NCBI GenBank assembly: GCA_963665125.2
Contig: CAXXUK010000002.1
Coordinates: forward strand, 800,001 to 864,000
Length of the DNA stretch: 64,000 bases
Direction of reading: 5' to 3'
DNA from: an uncultured Desulfarculus sp.
Lineage (GTDB): Bacteria; Desulfobacterota; Desulfarculia; Desulfarculales; Desulfarculaceae
Notes under the pieces: model-generated
What the model was told of the DNA's origin: nothing
Databases searched by the model: none
What the model saw: only the letters and a program-made list of their open reading frames with translations
Position numbers and translations under genes: made by a program
Shown: piece by piece, positions 1-8,055 of the stretch
How positions within the stretch are numbered: position 1 is the first letter of the stretch
Layout of the letters: every line of letters begins with the position of its first letter

Positions 1-1
1 C

Positions 2-202
2 GATGGCGATGGAGCTCAATCCGAGTTGGACAAGCTGTTTGACACCATTCAGCAAAAGTTCAAGGAAACCACAACCCGCGAAATCGGCGAATACGCCACG
101 GCCGCCGGAAAGGCCGTCAGCGATTCCTGGGACAGCGCCAAGCAAACCGTCACGGACACCGGCGGCGAGGCCATCAGTGATACGCTCTCGGCTATTTTCA
201 GC
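2..202 (+). pseudogene. Truncated copy of the 5' part of the tape-measure-like gene (frame open from the window start)
   Basis: Frame +2 reads DGDGAQSELDKLFDTIQQKFKETTTREIGEY...SAIFS, matching the 1042..3612 protein from SELDKL to SAIFS. Similarity stops at 202, where the 3' end of the minus-strand gene begins. Confidence 0.6.
20..202 (+). repeat. 183-bp direct repeat, copy 1 (copy 2 at 1123..1305)
   Basis: Aligned by eye at offset 1103 with 5 mismatches in 183 bp. Confidence 0.95.
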
Positions 203-960
203 TATTTAATCAGGTCCACGATATCCGGTAGATCACTGGCCGGGGCCGGTGCGCCGGGCAGGGCCTTCCAGATGGGCTCACCATTGTTGATAATTGCCAG
301 ATTGGGCAGCCGGCCCCTGGCGGCCCGGTAGAACAGGCCGGTGCGCTTTTGGGCCGCCATGACCATGGCCAGCTCGTTATCAGTGGAGCGCAGGGTCAGG
401 TTTGAGCGCAAATTGCTGTCGGCAATGTTAATATGTATGCCGTCGCGGTCATAGGCCGTGAGATACGCACCCGAGTATTTATCAGCGCCCTTGATGGCCA
501 GGCTGGCCTTGCCGTTTTTATAGCCGATCGACGCCCGGTGACCCTTGTTTTCGTCGACAAACATCAAACGACCGCCGGGTTCGTTTTCATATCCTGACAA
601 AGATATAAAACTCTTATGGTTCTTGTCAGAAAGGTGAATGCTTGGTTCACTAAATTCGTGAAGAAATAATGACAGCCTTGGCAGGCCAGAACCATCCATT
701 AGTCTAATTGATGGGCCATTAAAATCAATGGTCAGCAATACTAAATCTTTACCATTTTTATCCAGTAAAGCCACCATGGGGTATCCTTCATCTGTAAAAG
801 CTAAAGCACCTCTTGGTTTTCTGTTGTCATCGATTAAAACAAATTTTTTCGCCACGATTGAATCAAAATACTGTTGGCTTGAGCTGGAATTGTTGACGAA
901 AGCCATTGCAAGGATAAAACCGCAACATATCGCTGCAGCAACCGTTAGCTTTTTTTTCAT
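202..960 (-). CDS. Secreted or membrane-anchored hypothetical protein with short beta-strand repeats
   Basis: ATG at 960 preceded by GGGGGA. Signal-like N-terminus MKKKLTVAAAICCGFILAMAF. Recurrent L/F-x-D-x-N/G-x-x-R-x-x-L units. Confidence 0.8.
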   Translation of the reverse strand: MKKKLTVAAAICCGFILAMAFVNNSSSSQQYFDSIVAKKFVLIDDNRKPRGALAFTDEGYPMVALLDKNGKDLVLLTIDFNGPSIRLMDGSGLPRLSLFLHEFSEPSIHLSDKNHKSFISLSGYENEPGGRLMFVDENKGHRASIGYKNGKASLAIKGADKYSGAYLTAYDRDGIHINIADSNLRSNLTLRSTDNELAMVMAAQKRTGLFYRAARGRLPNLAIINNGEPIWKALPGAPAPASDLPDIVDLIK

Positions 961-1041
961 TTCATCCCCCTGGTTATTTTTATGACCTGCTTCACTGTTC
1001 CACACCTCCGGCGCAAAGTAGCTTAGGGTTCGGAGGTGTAT

Positions 1042-3612
1042 ATGGAGTCAACAAACAATCTCGATCTCAATGTTAATGCGACCATTAAGGCAAATGTTGA
1101 AATCGATGAAAAACAAACAAAGTCCGAGCTTGACAAGCTGTTTGACACCATTCAGCAAAAGCTCAAGGAAACCACAACCCGCGAAATCGGCGAATACGCC
1201 ACGGCCGCCGGAAAGGCCGTCAGCGATTCCTGGGACAGCGCCAAGCAAACCGTCACGGACACCGGCGGCGAGGCCATCAGCGATACGCTCTCGGCTATTT
1301 TTAGCGGAGAGATGGATAAAGTCCAGAATATTTGGGACACCGCCTGGACTAAAATGGGCGACGACCTGGAAAAGACCTGGGAAGGCCTGCTGTCGACCCT
1401 GGGCGAAAAAGCCATGGAAGGCCTGGGCGATATCCTCCAGGAATCCATTCTTGACCCTATTTCCAACTATCTCGACGGTCTTATCCTTAAACCTCTTAAA
1501 GATTGGGGCTCCGGTGTCCTGAAGGATGTACTGGACTGGATCGGAATCGGCGATGTCATTGGCAATATATTCAGCGACAAAGGTAGTGGCAATGGGGGTG
1601 ATGCGGTGTCGGCCGTTGGTACCGCCGCTGGCATGGCCTATGAAGCGGCCACCGGCGAAAGCCTTCTTTCAACTGTGGGGTCGGCCATAGGCGCTGACAA
1701 AGCATGGGCGGCGTTAAAGGCCTACATGGGTGCGGAATCAACAGCGACAACCGCTGGGGATGTCCTTACGGCTGAAATATTAGCCAATGGCAAAAACTTA
1801 CAACTTTTTGCGGAAGCCGATGTAGTATCTGCTGTCGAGACTGCGCTGGGCGGCTCAGATACTATCACTGCTCAACTATTGGGCAATGGTCCGGCCTTTC
1901 AGGCTGCCGCCGAGGCGGAAGCAATGGCAGCGTTTACCGAGGCATTGGGGGCTGGTGACGTCATAACCGCTGAAATCCTTTCCAATGGTCCGGTTTTGCA
2001 GGCTGCCGCCGAGGCCGACGCCATTGCGGCATTTGAGGCAGCCATGAGCGGTGGAGAGGCAGCCGGAGCTGCTTCGTCGATAGGCTTTGGCATGGCAACT
2101 GCCGGTCTTCTTGCCGCTGCCGAGCTGTTCGCCATGGCCATGGGCGAGCCCGGCCCCACCGCGATCTTTGCCGGGGCGATCATGGACGCCTTTGGCATGG
2201 CCGATAAAAACTACATGTCGCCCGAGGAGGCCCGTCAGGCCGTATCCTACCAATCAGAAACCCTGGCAACCCAGGCCGGGGCCGCTGCCGCCGGAGACTG
2301 GTCGGCAGCCGCATACAACGAATATGACCCGACCAATTTGGCATTTACGGCCACAGCCCGCCATGGCGCGGGCAATTCCATAGCCAGCGTCGGCGGCATA
2401 ACCACCGAGGAGATCGAGGCTCAGGTGGCGGCCATGGGGCCCTACGCCCAGGCCCTGTACGACGTGCAGACCATCGCCTGGCAGGTCTCCGACGCCTTGG
2501 CCGCCTACAACGAGTCCGCCGAAATGGGCCTGTTCGCCGTCAAGGACCAGGCCGACCAGTTCCGCAGCCTGGCTCTGGAGCTGGGCCTGACCGAGACGCA
2601 GTACCAGCTTATGATCGAGGCGGGCTACAACTATGAACAGATCTCGGCCGTGGTCACCGAGACTGCCGGGGACCTGCGCGTCGCCATGATCGACATGGCC
2701 GGGGCCATGGAGCGGGCCGCCGCGGAGACGGGCCTGGCCGGTGAACAGGCCGATGCGTTCGGCAGCCAGGCCGCCGCCCTGTGGGAGCAGGTCCAGGCCG
2801 GGACCATGGGCGTGGACGAGTTCGACCAAATGCTCGAAGCCCTGGGCCGGTCCCTGGGCCTGGATGCATCCGCCTCGGAGGAACTGGCCGGACGCCTGGA
2901 AAACATGCTGGCCGCCACCAGCCAGGCCGGAGAGGGCGCTCAGGGCCTCAGCAACGAACTGGCCGCGCTGGCCGCGGAAAGCGGGGCGGCGGCAGGCCAG
3001 GCCGCCGTCGCAACGGACAAGTTCTTCGACCTGGGGGACATCGTCGGCAACGCGGGCGAGGCGGCAGAGGGCTTAGGCGGCTTGCTGATCCAGGCCGGGG
3101 CCGAGGCCGTGGAGTTTGGCCAGGTGACCTCCGAGGTGATGAGTTCGACATTCGTAAGCTGGGCCGACGGCTTCGGCGACATGGCCGAGGCGGCCTCGGA
3201 ACTCAGCGGCGAGGTGCTTGACGTGGGCCGGTCCCTGGAAGACGTCTTCGGCTCCGGCGGGTTTGCGGGCGCGTCGAACATAATGGGCGACCTGGCCTTC
3301 ACCTATCACGACGGCGGCATGGCCGGATCAGCCGGGTGGCCCCGCTTCCATTCGGGGCTGCTGCCCGACGAGCTGCCCGCCGTGTTGCAGCGAGGCGAGG
3401 CCATCATCCAGCGCGCCGCGGTAAACAGCGAGACCCTGCCTGTTTTGAAGCGCATCAACGATACGGGCCGGGCCCCGGCTTCGGGCGGCGGGCTCAACGT
3501 GCATGTGGAGGTGCACGGCAATGTCTTGGGCGACGGCGACGGCATGGAGGAGCTGGCCCGGATCATCGACCGGCGTCTGCGGCGCATCAATGCGGCCCGC
3601 TATTCAATGTAA
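1042..3612 (+). CDS. Phage tail tape-measure-like protein (Ala/Gly-rich, helical)
   Basis: GGAGG RBS at 1032-1036 and ATG at 1042. C-terminus YHDGG...RFHSGLLPDELPAVLQRGEAII...LNVHVEVHGNV resembles tape-measure C-termini. Confidence 0.7.
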   Translation: MESTNNLDLNVNATIKANVEIDEKQTKSELDKLFDTIQQKLKETTTREIGEYATAAGKAVSDSWDSAKQTVTDTGGEAISDTLSAIFSGEMDKVQNIWDTAWTKMGDDLEKTWEGLLSTLGEKAMEGLGDILQESILDPISNYLDGLILKPLKDWGSGVLKDVLDWIGIGDVIGNIFSDKGSGNGGDAVSAVGTAAGMAYEAATGESLLSTVGSAIGADKAWAALKAYMGAESTATTAGDVLTAEILANGKNLQLFAEADVVSAVETALGGSDTITAQLLGNGPAFQAAAEAEAMAAFTEALGAGDVITAEILSNGPVLQAAAEADAIAAFEAAMSGGEAAGAASSIGFGMATAGLLAAAELFAMAMGEPGPTAIFAGAIMDAFGMADKNYMSPEEARQAVSYQSETLATQAGAAAAGDWSAAAYNEYDPTNLAFTATARHGAGNSIASVGGITTEEIEAQVAAMGPYAQALYDVQTIAWQVSDALAAYNESAEMGLFAVKDQADQFRSLALELGLTETQYQLMIEAGYNYEQISAVVTETAGDLRVAMIDMAGAMERAAAETGLAGEQADAFGSQAAALWEQVQAGTMGVDEFDQMLEALGRSLGLDASASEELAGRLENMLAATSQAGEGAQGLSNELAALAAESGAAAGQAAVATDKFFDLGDIVGNAGEAAEGLGGLLIQAGAEAVEFGQVTSEVMSSTFVSWADGFGDMAEAASELSGEVLDVGRSLEDVFGSGGFAGASNIMGDLAFTYHDGGMAGSAGWPRFHSGLLPDELPAVLQRGEAIIQRAAVNSETLPVLKRINDTGRAPASGGGLNVHVEVHGNVLGDGDGMEELARIIDRRLRRINAARYSM
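1123..1305 (+). repeat. 183-bp direct repeat, copy 2
   Basis: Near-identical to 20..202. Confidence 0.95.
1756..2052 (+). repeat. Three degenerate in-frame 99-bp (33-aa) tandem repeats
   Basis: GDVLTAEILANGKNLQLFAEADVVSAVETALGG / SDTITAQLLGNGPAFQAAAEAEAMAAFTEALGA / GDVITAEILSNGPVLQAAAEADAIAAFEAAMSG, starting at 1756, 1855 and 1954. Confidence 0.9.
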
Positions 3613-3615
3613 GAC

Positions 3616-3649
3616 CGCTGCACTGGGGGCGTCCTGCCCCCCGTGCAGC
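3616..3649. terminator. GC-rich hairpin between convergent genes
   Basis: CGCTGCAC-T-GGGGGC / GCCCCC-GTGCAGCG stem; no U-tract. Confidence 0.55.
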
Positions 3650-3650
3650 G

Positions 3651-4190
3651 TCATGCAAAGGCCTCAATGTGACCGGCGGAGCTGACCCACTTGCCCCAGA
3701 AGAGCACTTCGGGGGGCAACTCAGGCGAGGGGCCGTCGTGACCCAAGGCCGCGGCAATTCCGGCTATGGGAACGCGGCGGCCCTTTGCCGTATCCAGCAC
3801 CACCATGGCGGCCAGGCAGCGGGTCATCAAAGCGCCTTGCCGCTCGAACGTCTGGTCGATGTATAGTCGGGTCTCGTCCCAGACGATGACCCGGCTGCGC
3901 TGGATAAAACCCTGGAAGGTGGACAGTGGCCTTTTGAAGCGCATGGTGCTGGCCACCATCATCGGTTTGCAGCCTGCCTGGCGGCAGGCTTGCCACACGC
4001 CGTTGCGGGCCAACAGCTCCATGCGGCCGATGTCCATGATCGTCAGGTAGCGGCCGTTGTTCCTGTGCATGTACGGGTCGATATCCTGGGGCCCGACCCG
4101 AAATTTGCACACGGTGTCATCCAGCAGGCCCACTTTTTTCTTGAACGGGGCCGTGGCCATCAATCGCCCGAAACGCAGCCAGACGTACAT
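3651..4190 (-). CDS. Acyl-CoA thioesterase (hot-dog fold)
   Basis: DIDPYMHRNNGRYLTIMDIGR motif. Confidence 0.85.
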   Translation of the reverse strand: MYVWLRFGRLMATAPFKKKVGLLDDTVCKFRVGPQDIDPYMHRNNGRYLTIMDIGRMELLARNGVWQACRQAGCKPMMVASTMRFKRPLSTFQGFIQRSRVIVWDETRLYIDQTFERQGALMTRCLAAMVVLDTAKGRRVPIAGIAAALGHDGPSPELPPEVLFWGKWVSSAGHIEAFA

Positions 4191-4201
4191 CCGCTATCCG
4201 C

Positions 4202-5002
4202 CTATTTGCCCGTGTGCCGGGCGATATAGTCTTCCACCAGCCGGGCGGCAACTGACACGCCAAACGGCCGCAGGGGTATGTTGTCCGGGGTGAACCAGGC
4301 CGCCTCCTGGATCTCATCGCCGTCCACGGTGATCTTGTCGTCCACGGCCCGGCACTGAAAGGCCACCATCAGCGAGTCGGGGAAGGGCCAGGGCTGGCTG
4401 CCGAAATAACGGATGTCAATGACGTCCAGGCCCACCTCTTCCTTCATCTCCCTGCGCACGGCGTCTTCCAGTGATTCGCTGGGGCCCACGAACCCGGCCA
4501 GGACGCTGTAGAAGCCCTGGGGGTGGCGGCGGTTGTTGGCCAGCAGGAGCCGGCCGTTGTGCTCGATGGCCACGATGACCGCCGGGGAAAGCCGGGGGAA
4601 GCGCAGGGCCCCGCACTTGGTGCAGCGCTTGGTCATGGGCTCTTCATCGGGCGCACTCTCGGCCGGGCTGCCGCAGACACCGCAAAAGCGGCTGCGCTTG
4701 TGCCAGTGCAGGGCATAGAGGGCATCGCCGGCCTTCCAGAAAAGCTCGGGTCCGGCCTTGATGTCCAGACCCAGCAGAATGCGCCAGAAATAGCCCTCGG
4801 GCTTGGGCGCGTCCCCCGCGGTCTGGGCGGCATAGGCCGGTTGGCCTTGATATTGGCCCAGGGGCAGGACGTTGCGCACCTCCAAGCCGATGTCGGCCGG
4901 GTCGGCCAGCAGCGGGGCCTCGATGTTGTCGCCGCCCCGTAACAGCATCTTGGGGCCGCTGAAAATGAACCAATAGCCGGGTTGGGTCTGCTCGTCGGTC
5001 AT
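4202..5002 (-). CDS. nudC: NAD(+) diphosphatase
   Basis: RFCGVCG...CTKC zinc ribbon, Nudix box, [11 protein letters not shown] signature. AGGAGA RBS before ATG 5002. Confidence 0.95.
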   Translation of the reverse strand: MTDEQTQPGYWFIFSGPKMLLRGGDNIEAPLLADPADIGLEVRNVLPLGQYQGQPAYAAQTAGDAPKPEGYFWRILLGLDIKAGPELFWKAGDALYALHWHKRSRFCGVCGSPAESAPDEEPMTKRCTKCGALRFPRLSPAVIVAIEHNGRLLLANNRRHPQGFYSVLAGFVGPSESLEDAVRREMKEEVGLDVIDIRYFGSQPWPFPDSLMVAFQCRAVDDKITVDGDEIQEAAWFTPDNIPLRPFGVSVAARLVEDYIARHTGK

Positions 5003-5057
5003 TATCAATATCTCCTAAACAAAACAGCTTCAGCAGCTATGGAATACGAACCCCGCG

Positions 5058-5543
5058 CTATTTCCCGGCCGGATGATAGGGCAGATCTGCCGTGGGCACG
5101 GAAAGATGGCACTGGTGGATCTTCCATTGTCCGTTTTCCCGCAGAAAAACCGTGCTCAGACGGGCCGGGGTGCGAATGACCTTGTCCTTGAGCTCCACCT
5201 GGGCGAAGCACTCGGCGGCCATCCAGGCCACGTCTCCCTTGCCGCCCACCTCGACCTTGGTGAAGTCCATGCGCACGCCCTTGACGTCGCCAAGGGTTTT
5301 TCCCAGTGATTCCTCGTTGGCCTTCAGGCCCACCCAGAATTCGCCCGGCCCCGTGCCGATGGATACGGGGTCCGACGATAATGTGGACATCATGCCTTGC
5401 AAATCGCCGGTTTCATAGCACTTGTTGTATTTGTTCCATACGGCCAGCACTTCGGACTTCAGGTTTTTATCGGAGGCCAAGGCCGGCAGGGCCATGAGCG
5501 CAAAGGCCAAGGCAACGGCCATGGACAGGATCATTTTTTTCAT
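5058..5543 (-). CDS. Secreted SnoaL/NTF2-like protein
   Basis: Signal peptide MKKMILSMAVALAFALMALPALA; IGTGPGEFWVG and RLSTVFLRENGQWKIHQCHLS motifs. Confidence 0.85.
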   Translation of the reverse strand: MKKMILSMAVALAFALMALPALASDKNLKSEVLAVWNKYNKCYETGDLQGMMSTLSSDPVSIGTGPGEFWVGLKANEESLGKTLGDVKGVRMDFTKVEVGGKGDVAWMAAECFAQVELKDKVIRTPARLSTVFLRENGQWKIHQCHLSVPTADLPYHPAGK

Positions 5544-5559
5544 TGGTTCATTCCTCCCT

Positions 5560-6762
5560 TTAGTCGAGCAGCTTGCCGAAATCGAAGTTCCTTTTGGCCA
5601 TTTGCTGGGCAAAGGCGCTGACGTCGACATCCTGCTCCATGGCTTTTTGGCACTTGGCCGCGCCTTCGGTGGTTCCGAAGAAGATAAACCCGGCGATCTT
5701 GCCGTCATCGATAACGATCTTGCGGTAGATGCCGTCGCCGTTGTACACGGCGGCCTGCAATTTGCCCTCGGCGTCGATGTCGCCGCCGGCCACCAGGTCC
5801 ACGCCAACGACCTTGAGCTGGTTGCTCATAACCGTTCCGGCATAGACGGCCTCGCCGCCGGCCATGTTTTGTCCGGCCACCGCGCCCTGGGCCTGGGAGG
5901 CGGGCCAGATGCCGTAGAAGACGCCCTGGTGCTCGACAACGTCGCCGGCGGCCCATACGCCGTCGAGGCTGGTGTGCATTCGGTCGTCGACCTTGACGGC
6001 CTTGTCGATTTCCAGGCCCATCTGTTGGGCCAGCTCCAGATTGGGCCGCACTCCGGCCGAGAACAGGATGATTTGGCCCGCCAGGTGCTCGCCGCTTTCC
6101 AGACTAAGACCGTCGGCCATCTCGTCGCCGGTGATCTGCTGGGCCTTTTTGCCCAGATAAAATTCAAAGCCCATTCCTTCGAGCATTTGCTGGAGCTTTG
6201 CTGCTCCGGCCGGGTCCATCTGGCGGGGCAGCAGCCGGTCGAAAAACTCCACCACCCTCACCTTGAGCCCGCGCTTGGCCAATGCCGCGCCTGCCTCCAG
6301 GCCCAAAAGACCGCCGCCCACGAGCACGGCGGAATCGGTGCGTTTGGCCCAGGAAACGATCTGACGGGCGTCGGCGATGGTCCGCAGGGCCATTACGCCT
6401 TCCTTGTCCGAGCCCTGCACCGGCGGAATGAACGGGTGGGCGCCGGTGGCCAACAGCAATTCTTCGTAGCCGAAGAACTCGCCGCCAGAGGTCTGGACCG
6501 TGCGTTTTTCCGTGTCCACCGAGACGATATTTACGCCCATGCGCAGGTCCACGCCCTTGGATGCGTAATACTCGCCGTCATGCAGGGTGAACTTGGCCAA
6601 CTCGGTCTGGCCGGAGATGAACTCGGGCAACCGGGGGCGGTAATAGTACGGGGCGTCTTCATTGCTGAAGATGGTGACTTTGGCCGATGAATCGGTGGCC
6701 AAAATTTTATCGGCAGCGGTGGCTCCGGCCACGCCGTTACCGATGATGATGTATTTTTTCAT
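5560..6762 (-). CDS. NAD(P)H/FAD-dependent oxidoreductase (NADH:rubredoxin oxidoreductase / NirB-N-like)
   Basis: IIGNGVAG, LLLATG, VGGGLLGLEAG, WAAGDV motifs. Confidence 0.9.
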   Translation of the reverse strand: MKKYIIIGNGVAGATAADKILATDSSAKVTIFSNEDAPYYYRPRLPEFISGQTELAKFTLHDGEYYASKGVDLRMGVNIVSVDTEKRTVQTSGGEFFGYEELLLATGAHPFIPPVQGSDKEGVMALRTIADARQIVSWAKRTDSAVLVGGGLLGLEAGAALAKRGLKVRVVEFFDRLLPRQMDPAGAAKLQQMLEGMGFEFYLGKKAQQITGDEMADGLSLESGEHLAGQIILFSAGVRPNLELAQQMGLEIDKAVKVDDRMHTSLDGVWAAGDVVEHQGVFYGIWPASQAQGAVAGQNMAGGEAVYAGTVMSNQLKVVGVDLVAGGDIDAEGKLQAAVYNGDGIYRKIVIDDGKIAGFIFFGTTEGAAKCQKAMEQDVDVSAFAQQMAKRNFDFGKLLD

Positions 6763-6905
6763 GAAGCTCCCTTAATCAATATAACCGGGTTTGCCGGTCC
6801 GAAAATGCCGGAATTATGATAATAGTATATGTACGCTTATTGACAATGGCACCTTTTTGCGGGGGCAGTGTCAAGGTGTTTTTAAACCCTTGGGCAACAC
6901 GAATG

Positions 6906-6933
6906 TTGACTCCAGGGATAAAGTAGCTACAAT
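6906..6933 (+). promoter_or_regulatory. Candidate sigma-70 promoter
   Basis: TTGACT-N16-TACAAT about 55 nt upstream of the MBL gene. Confidence 0.5.
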
Positions 6934-6988
6934 GTGGCTACCATGTAAGGGCGGAGACTGCGCTTCGACCCGGAAAGGAACATCGACC

Positions 6989-7960
6989 GTGTCTCAGGAA
7001 ATCATGCCCGGTATTTTCCGGATAAAGGTGACCCTGCCGGAGAGTCCCCTGAAGTACCTCAACTCTTATGTGGTTAAATCGCCGGAACGCAACTTGGTCG
7101 TCGACACGGGCCTCAACCGCGACGAATGCCGCCAGGCCCTGGAAAACGGTCTGGCCGAAATCGGCGTGCGGCCCGAGGAGTGCGACTATTTCGTCACCCA
7201 TCTCCATGCCGACCATTTCGGCCTGGTGGGTGATTTCGCCCCGGAAGACGCCATAGTCTACTTCAACCAGCCAGATGCCGACATCCTGGGTTCGGGGCTC
7301 GGCTGGGAAAGTGTTATAGAATATTCCGGCCAAAACGGCTTCCCAACCGATATCCTGCGCCCGGCCATTGAAAAGCATCCGGGCAAGCATTTTCATTCGC
7401 CGCGCATACCGGACATGACCATGCTCTCCGACGGCGACGAGATCTCCTACGGCGGCTACACCTTCCGGGCCGTGCACACCCCCGGCCACACGCCGGGCCA
7501 TTTGTGCCTCTATGAGCCCCAGGCCAAGCTGCTCATCGCCGGCGACCATCTGCTCATCGACATCACGCCCAATATCCAGTGCATGAGCGACGACACCAAT
7601 CCCCTCAAGGACTACCTGGCCAGTCTGGACAAGGTCTATGAACTGGATATTGATTTGGTAGCCCCGGGCCACCGCCGCCTGTGGAACGACCACCGGGCCC
7701 GCATAGATGAACTCAAGGCCCACCATGCAAGGCGCATCGAGGAGGCCTACGCCGCCGTCAAGGCCGGGGCGTCCGACGCCTATGTGGTGGCCTCCAAGAT
7801 GTCGTGGGATATCCGGTGCGATTCGTGGCAGGAGTTTCCCCTGGCCCAGCAATGGTTTGCCCAGGCCGAGGCCCTGTCGCACCTGCGCTGGCTGGAGTGC
7901 GAAGGCAAGATAGAGCGCATTGAACGCGACGGACAGACATTGTTTAAAATAGCCGCCTGA
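6989..7960 (+). CDS. MBL-fold metallo-hydrolase
   Basis: THLHADHFG, HTPGHTPGH, GDH, PGH motifs. GTG start after AAGGAA. Confidence 0.9.
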   Translation: MSQEIMPGIFRIKVTLPESPLKYLNSYVVKSPERNLVVDTGLNRDECRQALENGLAEIGVRPEECDYFVTHLHADHFGLVGDFAPEDAIVYFNQPDADILGSGLGWESVIEYSGQNGFPTDILRPAIEKHPGKHFHSPRIPDMTMLSDGDEISYGGYTFRAVHTPGHTPGHLCLYEPQAKLLIAGDHLLIDITPNIQCMSDDTNPLKDYLASLDKVYELDIDLVAPGHRRLWNDHRARIDELKAHHARRIEEAYAAVKAGASDAYVVASKMSWDIRCDSWQEFPLAQQWFAQAEALSHLRWLECEGKIERIERDGQTLFKIAA

Positions 7961-8055
7961 TTCCCTGCGGAGTCATCACCAAGCGCCAGGCGGAGCAAAC
8001 CGGCGGCGGCCCTTCAAGGGGCCGCTTGCCCATTAGCCATTACGAGGATGTTGCC

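Noticed and set aside
203..331. C-terminal part of ORF 26..331 as a real protein
   Set aside because: After position 202 it only reads antisense through the secreted-protein gene.
20..1305. Diversity-generating retroelement TR/VR pair
   Set aside because: The five mismatches are C/T or G/T rather than adenine-specific, and no reverse transcriptase is present in the window.
1756..2052. CRISPR array
   Set aside because: These are in-frame degenerate coding repeats without spacers; no cas genes are present.
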